Assembly (NCBI GenBank): GCA_051362555.1
Contig: CM120641.1
Coordinates: 31,688,401-31,752,400, forward strand
Direction: 5' to 3'
DNA: 64,000 nt
Source: Lingula anatina
Lineage: Eukaryota > Animalia > Brachiopoda
Shown here in pieces: positions 38,201-53,100 of this stretch. The notes beneath the pieces were generated by a model. The model was not told the DNA's origin. It searched no databases and saw only the letters and a program-made list of their open reading frames with translations. A program made the position numbers and the translations under genes. How positions within the stretch are numbered: the first letter of the stretch is position 1; every line of letters starts with the position of its first letter.

Positions 38201-41109
38201 GAAAGCTCATTTTCCGCACTCGAAACTACTCGGATGTCTCCGCAGTCGACAATGACAGCATGGAGCTTGCGGAATTAGCCGAGGATTGCCGATTGCATTT
38301 TCCGGCAAATTCAATAACGACGTTTGCGACAACCGACTTCCTTGGAGGGGGGGGGGAGTAGGGGGAATTTTTTTTTTTTTTTTTTGAGAACGGACGAAAA
38401 TCGGTGCGCGCGCAGGATGTCATCCATAAAATTTAAAAAGTGTGGCCTAACAAAATAATCAATTTACTGTCATTTTTAAATGAACAACTAAGAAAATTGT
38501 TGACATAAGAAAAATATCAATAGAATAATTTTAAAAGTCCAGTTTGCTCCATTCTGAGATTCTGAACATGGTGAATGATTGAATCTGACAAACTGTGAAG
38601 ATATAAGTTTTTTTTTTCTATTTTTTGACACTTTATTACACAATAACAGGTTTAGAATCTTTTTATATAATCAACTAACAATATTGTTAAGATGCAGAAA
38701 ATGTCAAAAGAACACCTTTACACATTTAATTAGTTCACAGATGAGATTGTTAACATGCCTAAGAATTAAATCAAAGGAAAAAAACACTTATATACAAAAA
38801 AGGCATAACTTCACCAAAACTGAACCAATTGAGCTTATTTTCTAACTTCATCTGTATTTCAGTAAGACTGATCACCCCTGTAAATTTCAAGACAATTGGC
38901 CTCTTGATTTTCCTTGAAATGCGTTATCGGTATTGAATACATGCTGAAAAAAGTGAAAAAACAGCATAACTTCCACAAAATTGGTCCAATCACGCTGATT
39001 TTCAAACTTGACCTGTGTATTATGAATATTCATCAGTTCTGTAAGTTTCAAGCCAAAAGGTAAAACAGTTTTTCACTTATCCCGTTATCAGTGTTGCATA
39101 TATGCTTTAAAAAAATTTAAAAATAGCATAACTTCCATGAAAATGGCCCGATCATGCTGATTTTCGAACTTGACCTGTGTATTATGAATATTCATTAGTT
39201 CCATAAGTTTCAAGCCAAAAGGTAAAACAGTTTTTCACTTATCGTGTTATCGGTGTTGCATACATGCTGAAAAAAAGTGAAAAAACAGCATAACTTCCAT
39301 ATAGATGGCCTGATCATGCTGATATTCGAACTTGACCTGGGTATTATGAAAGTTCATCAGTTCTGTAAGTTTCAAGCCAAAAGGTAAAACGGTTTTTCAC
39401 TTATCGTGTTATCGGTGGTCAAAGTGCACGACGGGGACAACAGACGCAGGTGATGGCTATATGTACAGACACATCTGTGTCTGTACATAAAAAGAACAAA
39501 AATTTCCATTACTTAAAGTTAGGCAGCCAATATTACTATTTCAACAATATGTCATGCATGAATGCACACACCTACCGAATATGGAAACCACGGCTTTGCA
39601 AGACTGTAGGAATGTTTGCACTGGTATACCACCATTTGCTGCTAGTTTGATGTCCTGAAAGCTGGAATATTAGGGTGATAATCAGGTTCCATGGATATAC
39701 TTAACTGACAACTCAGCAAAGCTATCAAATGTACAGACCAAAAGCAGAAAAAAACATGAAAGAAAAACCGCCTAATCTTTTAATAGTCTCTCCGCCTCTC
39801 ACACGCCTACCCACACGTCGTCCCTACTGGGTACAGTCATAAAATCTTGGCTCCGTTCGCCATCTGGAAGCTACCTGTGAAAAAGAAATGAATTGGCCCG
39901 TAGAGCAGCTATGAATCGGGATCAAAATCGTGAAAACACCCCCCTCCCCCTTTCAGTTTGATCAGGCGTAGGGAACAAGGCAAACATCAGCATCAGAATG
40001 AACTGCACCCTCTGACGAGACTGCATACGCAAAAATTCTGCCCTCCTCCTCCTCCGTCTACTGGGGCTGGGTATCTCCGTGAATATCTCAGTGAATATCT
40101 CTGGTTACATTTTCTCCGTAGATAGCCGATTCATTGCTGCTCTATGGGCCAATTCATTTCTTTTTCGTCTCTGTTTTGAAAGATAATAGAACAGAAGAGC
40201 TTTTTTCCTTCGATCGCCTCCAGCCGCCATGCTTTCTTCACCTCGAGTTTAATTGATGAGCATGCGCACTTAATATTTCTCAGGTAGCTTCTGCATGGCG
40301 AATGGAGCCGAGATTTAATGACTGTACCCCGCAGGGATGAGGTGTGAGAGGCAGAGAGACTATTAAAAAGATTAGGCGGTTTTTCTTTTATGTACATCCG
40401 CCATATTTAGTTCCAGGATTTGTAAAGCCTGGCTCAACTCGTTGTGAATGCGATCTTATATTGCCCGTATATGACTTCCTATTCAAGTTCAATAGTAACT
40501 ATGGGTGTATCTCTGCTACTTATGGAGTATTTCACATTTTATTTTCATCACTGAATATTGCTTAGTTGTGCTTTTTGACATAGCATCCCAGCAGGCACAG
40601 TGACACTCAACAACAATGAAAACAGGTTGGGACAGGTTGAATCGTCGTTGATCTACCTAAATTCAATGTCAAATCAATGTTGATCCAGCCATGTCAAAAC
40701 ACCGTCATAATGTGACGTTGACTCAACGTTGTATTTTGGTCGTTGACTCAACGTTCTTGTTAGGTCGTCATGATGCAAGACGTGGATCGTAATTTAAAAT
40801 ATTAATTATTGCAAATGTGATACTATGTTTATCAATACTGTAAAGAACTTTCTCAAAATATTAAAAACGGTGCTTTAAAGTAAAAGTAACAGTCGTTTTG
40901 TGTTGTTAGTGAACTAGTGAATTTTCTTAACTTGTTATTTAGAAATACATTCCAATAAACTCCCTCGCAAGATCAGCTAACACAAAGATGAATAACTCGC
41001 TGTAAATGTAACAAAGTGATGTTAATGATGTTGACAGTTCACTGTACCCTGTTAGGCCACACTTTTTTATTTTTATGGATGACATCCTCCTGAGACCCCA
41101 AAATCAGGG

Positions 41110-41142
<33 letters not shown>

Positions 41143-44100
41143 AGTCCAGAAAAAAAAAAATACTTTAGTAAGGGAAAGCTGTCAGTACACAGCTGGAAAC
41201 ACAAATTTACCACAGAAACACGTATCAAACTAACAATATCTCTTTATCCATGCTCTCAAATAATTAAAGCATTGTGAAAGGTAACAAGGCAGCAAAGCTG
41301 TCAAATGTACAGACAAAAAGCAGGAAATAACTATGCACAAAATAGGCTACTGTCAATTCTGATGCAAAAGTACATTATGTTAAACTGCAAATTCAACATC
41401 AAATTTTAATTATGCTCAACAGTTAATACCAATGTAAGTAAAATGTGAAACAAGCATAAGGCTTCAGGCCCATGGGAGTTCAAGTTCACACTTCGAAAAT
41501 GTATAACTTCCAGAAAATGAAGCCAATTAGACTGCTTTTCCGACTCAGGCTGCATTTTAGTCCTGTTTTTCTTTTTTGAAAGTTTGGCAATCATAAGTAA
41601 CATGGTTTTCCCATAATGGTCATCATGGCAGCAGCACCCAAAATTGTGTTTTCTTCTATTCCTATGCAAAATAACATAATGGTTAACAGCATAATGACCG
41701 CCAATTTTTAATAATAAAATATACGTATCATGGATTTTCAGAAAATATGACTAGCATGGGTCTTCAAGCCAGTGGAACTTCAAAGTCACACCTTGAAAAT
41801 GCCAATATGTGAAAAATTAAATTTTCAGCGACAGCGACAGTGATGACAGCGACGACAGATGCAGGTGATGGCAATATGTACAGACACATCTATATATATT
41901 TACTGTACTGTTTGAGAACAGTAAGTGACATGGTTTTTCTTAAATGGTCATCATGGGAGCAGTGCCCAAAATAGGTTTTTTTTCAAATTTTGATGTAATA
42001 TTACATAATGTTTAACAGCATAATGACCATCAATCTTTAATAATAAAATATTAGTATCATGGACATTCAGAAAATGTGACTAGCAAAGGTCTTCAGGCCC
42101 ATGGAACTTCAAAGTCACACCTTGAAAATGCCAAAATGTAAACAAGACAGCACTGTTCTGAAATGGTTTTTTTTCCATTTTTAACAATTTTTTTGAACAT
42201 AAAACAAAATTAAAAGTTTACTGCCATTTTTATATAATCAACCAATAAAATTGATGAGATGGGAAAAATATCACTACAACAGTGTTAAATGTCCAATTTC
42301 CATTCTGAGATTCTGAACATAGTGAATGATTGAATATAACAAACTGCAATGATATTTAGAAATGTATTTCTAGAAATGCTAAGACAGTGTTTAACAGCTT
42401 TTAAAGGTGCTCTTAAATTATTGAGATAATCTGGTAACATAAAGTGATCTTTGTCATTAAAAAAATTTGCAATAATGTTGCGAATAACTTCCTTATTTTG
42501 CGATGTAGCAACAAAACTGATGTTGACAGTTGTGTGTAAGACTCAAGTGCAAGATATCAAACGGCCCCAGTGACTTCAAGTAGCCCCAGTGCAGGCTGGT
42601 GCAGATTTTCTCTAGTCAATAGAATCATAAAAAAACCCTTTTTTACACTACATATACCTGTATACCTGAGAAAGTGAGGATTCTTAGCATTAGTCCAGTA
42701 AATGAATGACATGGGTTGGAAAAAAATGTTAACAAAGGTGTTTCAACTGAATCCATTCCAGTTCTGGGCCAAATTAACCCAGATAATTCTTTACAGGAAA
42801 CCACCCATGGCAAAGTGCCAAAATTCCAAAATGGCTGCCAATGCATAGGGGAGGGTGTCTTATGTGGGCATATCACAGAAACTGTGTCACATAGAAACTT
42901 GTGAGAGGTATCATTTCAATTGTTCAAAGGCATGACCATTCATTTGAAAAAAGTTTAAAAGTTTATACAGTGTAGTAAATTCTTCAGAAACAATAGCCCG
43001 ACCACAGGGCAGGCACATCTAAGAAGTTACCCAGCGGGCAAATCATTGAAACAACGTTGAACCATAACATTGATAAGACGTTGGATAAACGTTGGACTGA
43101 AAAGTTGCATCAACGTCAGATAACAATGTTGTATCAATGTTAGACAACAACATTCCCAGCGGGCAAATTATGTTGTTTTAACATTAATTTTTATTATTGA
43201 AACAACGTTGAACCATAACGTTGATAATACGTTGGATTAACATTGGATTTGAAAGTTGACTCAATGTCAGATAACAACTTTGTTTCAACATTCTTGTTAG
43301 ACAACATTCTTGCATGAAAAGACATTAAAATGACCTGAAATGTTTTTTTGTTTTTGGTACAAAACACAGGTACACAATTATAACTTACACTGTAAAAAAA
43401 ATCCAAGTGCCTGCTTTGTCTGATTTTTTCAACGCATTTAACTCCTAAGCATGTTTTGCACCTAAGCATGGTACACCTTTTTAGCCTGGATGTTTTAAGC
43501 AGTAGGACATTTTTGATGGCTAAATATATGTAGGGTATATATGTATGGCCTTTAAGTTAAAATTTCCAAGGTTTTCAATTAATATATATATTTATTTTCT
43601 TATATATATAACAAAGTCACAGTCACCTCAACCTATCTATAACAGGGTACCGAGAACTGTCAACTTTATTAACTTCACTCTATCACATTTACAGCAACTT
43701 ATTCATCCTAGTGTTAGCTGACCTTGCAAGGAAGTTTATTGGAATATATTTCTGAATAACAAGTTAAGAAAATTCGCAAGTTCACTAAAGACACAAAACA
43801 ACTGTCCATTTTACTTTAAAACACTGTTTTTAATATTTTGATATAGTTACAGTATTGATAAACAAAGTATCATGTTTTCAATAATTAATATTTTAAATTA
43901 CGATCCATGTCTTGCATCACGACGACCAAACAACAACGTTGAGTCAATGACCAAAATACAACGTTGAGTCAACGTCACATTATGACGGCGTTTTGACGTG
44001 GCTGGATCAACATTGATTTGACATTGAATTCAGGTAGATCAACAGCGATTCAACATCTCAACCTGTTTTCAACGTTGATCCAATGTCACTATGTCTGCTG

Positions 44101-47100
44101 GGTACTAGCCCTCCCCGAAATCAGCCTGCCCTACTTTATTCTGCCTAATTTAATATATGAATCAAACATTAATTCTAATTTAAAATTATTTTTAGAAGAA
44201 TGTGTGAATACTATGAAGTTCCAAATAATTGTACCATCCAAATAATTGTACTGTGTGGAAAAATCTTAGGAAATTAGTAATTATACTACCCAAATAATTG
44301 TACTGTGTGGAAAATGTTTGAAAATTAATAATTGTTCCTTGCAGAATAATTGTACTGCATGGAAAAAGGTTAGTAATTCCCATGTCTATTGTGAAAAAAG
44401 CCATTGCTTTGAAAAGAAATTTATTTTTCAAAAACTTTGCATTCAGTTTGAACCTGAAAATAATTGAGCAGTGATCTAAGCTGTGAGAAGCGCATCTTAC
44501 ATACATCTAATTAGCATAAGATTTAGCAATCAACTACGGTAATGTGCTTAACAGTTCGACTGGTGCAATCAATCCGACCAAAGAAATTATTTTTTAAAAT
44601 TATATTTTCTGGGCTCAAACATTTAGACCAATCATCAAAATCATGCGGCAGAATTTTTTTTCTTGTTCCGACTGTTCAACCATATTGTTGGCAAGACTTG
44701 GTAAACTTTCAAACCAGTGAAATATTGTCAATTGTTGTGCTTTCAATAGCTCTCGACAATAAGGAAGAAACAATTAACTGAAAATCTTATCTGGAAGCGT
44801 GATGTGCCTGTCATTTCTTTTGTGCCGGATGACAATAATAATGCTTATCGACATAAAGTTTTTGCTAATTTAGCAGACTTGCCTCCGCTGACTGATTCGT
44901 CGGGCATGTAACTGGTGAGAAGGGGGGGCATTTTGAAGAATAAAAAAATTTGCTCAAGATTAAACCAAATATCGACAGTGGGTTAGATATGTCGTAGAAC
45001 ACCTTCACATAGACCCTATAGCGTTTGCTAGCAATAAAAAGTTCGAGAAGAATAAGTAATTTATTTTCAAGTTGGACTGAAATATATATGCAGATGGGGA
45101 TACGTGCTTGAAGTCAAATACCGCAAGATCCTACATTTACTACAGTCAACCGAAAGATCAGCAGGATTGACCGCCCAGACTTCTTGGTGCCAAATACCAT
45201 GCACTGTCAAATTCTGACAAATACATGTGAGCTTTTCACCGACATGGAAAATAGATTTGTGAACAATAAAAATGACATCTACCCCTTCTACTTTTAAGAA
45301 AATACAGTTACTTATATGGCAGTAAAAGGGGCATTAAACGTTGATATTATTGAGAGTAATCCATGAAGAACACCATTCCTATGACCCCTCCACCAAAATA
45401 GAACCGTCTTCATTAACATGTGGTCTGTGCTAGATATGCTGGAGCAGACCAGATCAGACCAGTCTCTCATTTTTGCACTTGATTGATTTTAACTTTAAAT
45501 TATAAATGCACCTGTTTTGTGAAAATTATGGCCAATAAATGATTATTTTATGTTCGGATTGTATCAGTGGGGTTTTAAATATGCACCGGGACTTATGCAC
45601 AGCTAGTGTATAAAAATAAGAAAATCAGAAGTCCTAACAACATATGTCTATCAGCTCAGGTAGGCCCCCGTAGATTGCCTTTTCTCAATGTTTAATATGA
45701 CATGATTTTTAAATCATGTAAATGGTTTGAATCCACTAAAGCTACTGGTTTCAAATATAAGAGAACGGGCATTGTTTACAACACCCGTCTCGGGGGAAAA
45801 AAAGAGTCCCTTTTGTGTAATGAATAGTGAAGAGTGTCATGAAATAAATAGATGGAAATTACAAACTTTTGTCTATTTTAATCTCACGTAATGTTAGCAA
45901 ATATTGTACACAGCAAAAATGAGATTTAAATAGGAGGTTAAAATGTGCCTGAAACACATGATAAGCGAAAATTTAAAAAATTAAACGAGACTTACCTTGG
46001 TTAAGTCGAAGTTTGATTTCAATTCTTTGAGTAAAGAATTGAGGGAGGGCTTAACTGAGATCCGGTTGCGCGCGCAGGGCACTTTTCAAAGTGTTTGTCA
46101 CATTAACCACATGGAATTAATTACATTAATTCCCCACAGCTCTCTTCCTCTATAATACAAGCAATGAGCTGTAACCCAAAGTTGGGTGGGAGGGTGGCAG
46201 TTAAGCCCTCCCTCAATTCTTTACTCAAAGAATTGAAATCAAACTTCGACTTAACCAAGGTAAGTCTCGTTTAATTTTTTAAATTCTTTTTCGTAAGAAG
46301 AATTTCGTTGGTCTTAACTGAGACTTTAAAGCTTGATGTGACAAACATTTCATTCATTTCAAAAGATTCTTTATTTACCCAGAACTCCATCCTGGAATCT
46401 GTCTTGATTACTTACAATGCGCTTGTCATAGAACTTCGCAAAAGTACTTTTCTTAGACCAACCAGCTTTGTCAATAATGACTGATATAGGTACTGCAGAG
46501 GCTTTTGCCTTAGAGGTAGCTGCAGCTCTAACACTGTGAGAGCTAAATGTATAAGTGTCTATACCAGCTCTACTCATAACAGTTTTTATCCATCTTGCTA
46601 CTGTGTCTCTTGCGACATTATGATGTGGTTTCATGTAACTTATTTACAAACGTGCACAGTTCTTGTCATTTCTCATGACTTTCGTGCGAAACAAATATTC
46701 CTTCAATACAGTATACACACAAAGCCTCCTGTCTGGAGGGTAGGCCTTAAAAGATACTGAAACAACATTATAACCTGGCCTATTTTGTTTTAAAGAACCA
46801 TCTAACTTGAACAAAAACTCAGTTCTCAATTTTTTATAACCTTGAAAACTTAACAACTGCAAGTTTGTGTACGTGCAGCTTGAGTCAGAGCCATGAGCAT
46901 CACTAGCTTTAATGTCAAATCTTTGAGAGTTATATGCTTAACAGGAGAAAGTTTCCTCAAATATGTCAATACTCTTTCCATATCCCACACCTCTGTGTAT
47001 CTGGGTTGTGATGGTCTGGCTGCAAACACACCCTTCATGTATCTGATAATTAATGGGTGATTTCCAATTCTGAATCCATCAAAGTTTATTCCTAAAGCTG

Positions 47101-50100
47101 AGAGAGCTCCACGTGCAGTGTTCAAACTCTCATAACCCAAACCTTTATTAAATTGTTCAGTTAAAAACTCGATTACTGCTTCCAAAGTTGGCGAAAGTGG
47201 AGTAATCGTCCTTTTACTACAGTACTGAAACCACCTGTTAATGTGTGTGTTATATTGTTTTTGTGTCCCTGTTTTCCAAGACAACATAAGTATTTTGGTA
47301 GAGTCCTCTGAAAATCCTCGTTCTCTGAAACTATTCCTGACACTTTGCAAGCAATCAGTCTTAATTTCCCTTCCAAAGGGTGTTTCAACTGCAGGTGAGG
47401 AAGTCTTAAAAGATTCTTCTTTTTCTGTATTATGACTGGTTTCTCCACCAACAATTCCATCAGTATCGGAAACCATGCTTGTGTGGGCCACATTGGTGCT
47501 ACAATGATACCTTTGGCTCTGTCCTGTCTGACTTTCTGCACACAGTTTCCCAGTAAGCTAAAAGGTGGAAACAAATAAACTGAGTTAAAAGTTTCCCAGT
47601 CAATGGTAAAAGCATCAACAAAAGAGCAGTTTGGATCAGGCTTCCATGAACAATATGTTTCTACTTGAGCATTTATTCTAGATGCAAAGCAGTCTATATC
47701 TGGGATTCCCCCAAAATTACATATCTTATGAAAAATCTTGCTGTCTAATTTCCATTCAAGATCATCCTTGAATTCTCTGGAAGCCTTATCTGCTGCCTCA
47801 TTATTTTTGCCAGCTATACGTGTACATGTTAACCAGACATCATGTGATATACACCAAATCCATATGTCACATGCTACTTTATTACAGTTTTCAGAAACTG
47901 TGCCTCCCATGTTGTTAATGTATGACACTGCCGTAGTGTTATCTGACATCACCTTAATATGCTTTGACTTAAGATCACGTTTGAGGGACTTGAGTGCATT
48001 CAAAATGGCCATTAATTCTAATACATTAATAGGCAATTTACCCTCTACATCCGTCCATCTACCTCCAATATTATTGTTTTTATAACTTGCACCCCAACCT
48101 AGAGTGGATGCGTCTGTATGTAAAGTCTCTGAGGGGTTTGGTCTAGCAATAACCCTATGCTGGGATTTCAAGTTGACAATCCACCAAATTAAATCTGACC
48201 TCATACTGTTTGATATTATCATGGGTGCATCATAGTTACCCTTCGATTCTTGTAAAGCCTTAATCTTTGCTCTTTCTAACTTCCTATAGTACAGTTTGCC
48301 ATAATCCACAGCTGAAAAACTTGCTACTAACAACCCAATGACTCTCGCCACTTGTCTAATAGGTGCCTTTGAAACATTATACAACTCTTCGCATGCAGAA
48401 ATTATTTTCTCCTGCCTGTCAAGTGGCAGTGTTACTATCATTTTGTCAGAATCAATAACATTTCCCAAAAATTTTAACTTGCTGGTTGGTCTCAAAACTG
48501 ATTTGTCTTCATTTATGATGAAACCCAATTTGGACAGAAGTGTAACTGTTGCATTTAAGTTCTCCGTACATTCTAAATCATCACTGCCAATTATTAAACT
48601 GTCATCAATGTACCCTGAACTAACATAACCTAAACTTCTCAGTTTCCCAAAAACTGGTTTAAGAAGTTTTGTAAACAATCGCGGGCCTTCACTGACCCCA
48701 TTGGGTAAGCAGGTATATTGGTAGATTTTATCCCTCCACTAGAATCTAAAAAATTTTTGCTGTTCATCTGCAAGTTTAATTGAATAATAAGCATGACGGA
48801 TATCGACAGACCCCATTTTTACATTTTTGGTTATCAATGGTAGGGTTTTCTCAAAGGTTTCCATCTTAAAATGCTGATATGGAATGAACCGATTTAATTT
48901 CTTTAGATTCAGAATTAATCTGTATTCACCATTTTCTTTTTGTCTCAAAAAAAATCGGTGATAAAATTTGGCCTGCTTCACTATTCACAGGAATAATCAC
49001 TTTCATGTCCAATAGTTTTTAAATTTCTATGTCAATAATGGACATTTCTAACCTATTAAACTTGCAATTTGATTTCACAATGGCGGGAATCCCACCGTTG
49101 AAATCTAGATTAATATGACAATGCTTTACAATGTCAAGAATAAATAGGTCACTTGTAATCAGTTTCCATTGATCAATAAAGTCAGCCAATCTACCTGCTT
49201 CAAAATAATTATTTACCTCATTTATTGCTTGGGCAGATTCCTCTGTCCCCTGCGTACATAGTTTTTTGCAAAAGAAGGCCCTGCTCCAGGATCATCCTGC
49301 CACACTCTGGGTCTTCCCCCTCCAGTAGGTCGATTAACACCTCTGTACACAGATCCACGGCCTCTGGCACCACGTCCTCTACGTCCTCTGAGAGATCTGT
49401 CAAACAATTTATGTTCGATTTTTGAGCAATCCTCTATATCCCTTGCCATTTTGGGAAGATCGTCTCCAAATAAAAATTTCTGGCTGTAAGTCAGCTCATG
49501 ACTGCAGAGGTGAGCATATTCTCCGCTCAATTGCGGTTTCAAAAAATCTTTCCTTGTCATATTTATCTGCCTGTTCATATGTCCCATGAGTGCTAGGACA
49601 TCGTTGCAGTTTTCGATCATGCTGCCAAAATGATCACTCGTGTCCTTTTCTGGATTCCTTTCGTATAAGGCCACCTGGTTTACAGTTTTAACTAAAATGT
49701 TTGCACCTTTAACCAAAGTATGTGCTATGTTTTGCATTTTCCTATCGTTTGCTTTGGTCCAACCTGGGACCTGGTCCCATATCAACTGGTTGGTTTTCAT
49801 GACTTGCAGGTAATCACAGTTACCTGGCCTGTGGTTCTGTTTTATCAACTCGTTTAAATGTTGTTCGTCCAGGCCATTCATAAAAAGATCGTTCACAGTT
49901 TTGGCCAGCACATCATCCACGTTGTCGGCCATTTCCTCCGACATGTTAAACTTCTTGGCCATGTGCTTAAAAAGGTTGTCTTCCGTGTCGGGAAGATACG
50001 AGTCCAACTTCCTTTTTTCACCCGTTGTGCCTGCCTCCTCCGGCTCAACACATTCATTATCGACGTAAACTTCGTCGTCATACTGAGAATATTGCGCCTC

Positions 50101-53100
50101 CATATTATCAATACGGCTGACGATGTTCTCTAACCTGCCGTCCTGAGCGTCCACAGAGGCTTTTAAAGATACAAGTAATGACATAATATTATCCTCTGAC
50201 GAGGATTTCTCCACAGACTTAGGGTTTTTGGAACCCGACTTCCCTTTACCCTTCCTGCCATCACTCACGTGTTCAGGTCCATTTTTAGTAATGGTACTAC
50301 ATGTAGTTTCGTCCGCCATGACACCACGTGTCCAGAAGCAGACGACGAAACCTGACTGAAATTGCGCCAAATACCGTTGCAAACGGCAAGACCACTGTCT
50401 ATAACGATATAGCATGCACCACGTGCACAATAAAAATCACCCAAAACCACGTTTCGGTGAAAAAAAATCAGCGCCACTAGACAAATTCGCCCTTCAACCA
50501 AGGAGTATTGCACCAAGACTCCTTGCTTCAACCTAAAGTGCCCTGCGCGCGCAACCGGATCTCAGTTAAGACCAACGAAATTCTTCTTACGAAAAAGAAT
50601 TGCACTTCGGGTAAGATGGACGTTTCAACAGATGCCCCAAACAATCTGACATTTTCAAAGGTTTTTATTTTTATATTTTGATCAATTCGACCAAAATGAC
50701 GTCTCTGTGAAATTAATTAATTAATCTTGGTCGAATTGTTTGGCATATTACTGTACATAACATTACTAAAATGAGTTGGCATATCTATTGATGAATTTAT
50801 CCATTGATTATTTGAAATTAGTATATAGCTGCAGGACTCAACATTTATTTTAAATTTTTGGTCAGGCTTACTGCTACAAGTTTTATCTTTCCCCAGCTAA
50901 TTTCCACTCCCCCCCCTCCCCACATCTAACTATAAATTTCACAGAAATAAAATCACTTATCAAGCAATTTGGTAAAAAGGCTATCATTCCACTTTCATGA
51001 AATAAATGTTAAGAAAATAAGTGTTAATGTCAAATTGGCATCAGGGTCTTCAGGGTTTATTTGGTTATGGATGTGATTATGACCCCATTCCCATAGACAT
51101 TTAGATCGATCTATCCCCCTGGGGAGTCACACTAGCTGTAAGGGGATAATTAACTATGGTGCGCCCTCGGCTAACAGCAATTTAGTGTGAACCCCCAGGG
51201 AGTTAGGTTGATCCAGATGGATTGATCTAAATCTCTGGGCATGCAGTCTATGACATCATCAATGATGCAAATACCCTGGATGTATCTATTCTACTTATGG
51301 AGTTACAAGGTTAGAAATGTCAAAGAAAACTCAAATTTTTGTCACACATTGTACCATCATTTGTGAAAGAGGTAGCAATAATTGTATTCTATAATCAAAC
51401 TCATTCACAATCACAATATCTTTAATAATAGAAAACCACCTTTGAATTACCTAGGTTTCATGTTAGAGAAGAAGGTATGCACCATCCTACTTTGGACAGC
51501 CTCATCCCCCTCGCCTTCTGGCATTCTGCCATTGGTCTCCTCTTTAGCCTGCTTGTAGAGTGGATTCCATTCATGTGTTTTGATGGCAGAGGTATTTGGA
51601 TGGTCTGTGGGAGAGTTTGAGCTGGTCCCAGAGGAAGATATGCTTTGCTGCTTTGTATAGGTTGTCATGCTGGCCAGGCTATCAAGGTTATGACGATGCT
51701 GGTGACTTTTCTGACCCCTGGGGGAGTGTCTAGATAATAGAAGCAAATATTTTAAAAACATAATTAGAATTTATAAAAGTTGATACATAATTATAGGATA
51801 TTGAAGCATTATAAAGCTAAAACTGTCACCTGTAGACCCTCTCCTGTCTGACACGTTAAACATTTGATCTCATCAGTCACTTAACTAAACATGACCATGT
51901 GCTAAGTATGGAACTGTGATTTCCAGAGCTTCGTTAACTCTTATCAAAATATGGAACTGTGATTTCCAGAGCTTCGTTAACTCTTATCAAAATGAAGGCC
52001 CTGCACTTAATTTTTCTAGCAATCTTTTATTTTATTTTTTTTTTTGATGTGAGGGATCTTATTCCAACCTTATACTGTAATGTTCATCTTTTTTGTTTAG
52101 TAGAAAAGACCTACACCATGCTGAACTACCTTTTGATGCTTCAGAACTCTCTTATCTTTTCCATCCAGGCAGACAACCAATCAGAATATTTAAACAAGGC
52201 AGCAAAGCTGTCAAATGTACAGACAAAAATCAGAAAATAACAATTCACAAAATAGGCTACTGTCAATTCTGGTGCAAAAGTACATTATACTTAGCTGCAA
52301 ATTCAACGTCAAATTTTAATTATGCTCAACAGGTAATACTGACGTAAGTAAAATGTGTTACAAGCATAAGGCTTCAGGCCCATGGGAGTTCAAGTTCACA
52401 CTTTCAAAATGGCAGAATGAGAAAAATGAAAATTTCATACAAAATTGCATAAATTCAATAATAAATGATAACCCAATAGAGCTGGCTTTCTAATTTGAAC
52501 TGCATGCCATTCCTAAAAATCATACTTGTAAGTTAAAAATAATAATAAGTAACACAGTTTTTCTTTTCATAATGTTTGTAGTAGCAGTGCAAAAATATTT
52601 TTGTTAATTTTAATGTAACACTACATAATAAATAACAGAATAATTATCACCAATTTTTGATTATTGACTATAAATAGACGGACATGTAGAAAATTTAATT
52701 ACCATTCGGCTTCATGTCCATGGGAGCTCCAAATCCCACAATGAATATCCCAAAACGATAAAAATGAATATTTCACTAAAATGTATAACTTCCAGAAAAA
52801 GAAGCCAATTAGACTGCTTTTCCAACTCGGGATACATTTTAGTCCTGTGCTTCTCTTTTGAAAGTTTGACAGTAATAAGTAACAGGGTTTTCTCATAATG
52901 GTCATCATGGCAGCAGCACCAAAAATTGTGTTTTCTTCTATTTTGATGCAACATTACATAATGCTTAACAGCATAATGACCATCAATTTTTAATAATAAA
53001 ATAAATGTATCATGGATTTTCAGAAAATGTGACTAGCTTGGGTCTTCAAGCCCGTGGAGGTTCTAAGTGAAAATGCCAAAATGTGAAAAATTAAATTTTC

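Larger units (their letters stand above)
36125..39490 (-). mobile_element. HINE family B copy with nested insertions
   Basis: aacaaggcagcaaagctgtcaaatg start; ~161-bp array at 38800-39420; terminal hairpin atgtacagacacatctgtgtctgtacat. Confidence 0.75.
45970..50601 (-). mobile_element. DIRS1-type tyrosine-recombinase retrotransposon, full length, decayed
   Basis: Gag, RT/RNase H/methylase-like and YR frames; left ITR 50536-50601, right ITR plus extension 45970-46086, ICR 46198-46323; AATT at both junctions. Confidence 0.95.
44537..50753. mobile_element. Old TA-flanked DNA transposon (Tc1/mariner-like) hosting the DIRS insertion
   Basis: Imperfect TIR ta-cggtaatgtgcttaacagttcga / tcgaattgtttggcatattactg-ta; right-end homolog at ~7850-7945. 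Confidence 0.55.

Noticed and set aside
46371-50430. Prokaryotic phage, retron or integrase system (RT plus methylase plus recombinase)
   Set aside because: Gene order, overlaps and ITR/ICR ends are those of a standard DIRS1 retrotransposon.
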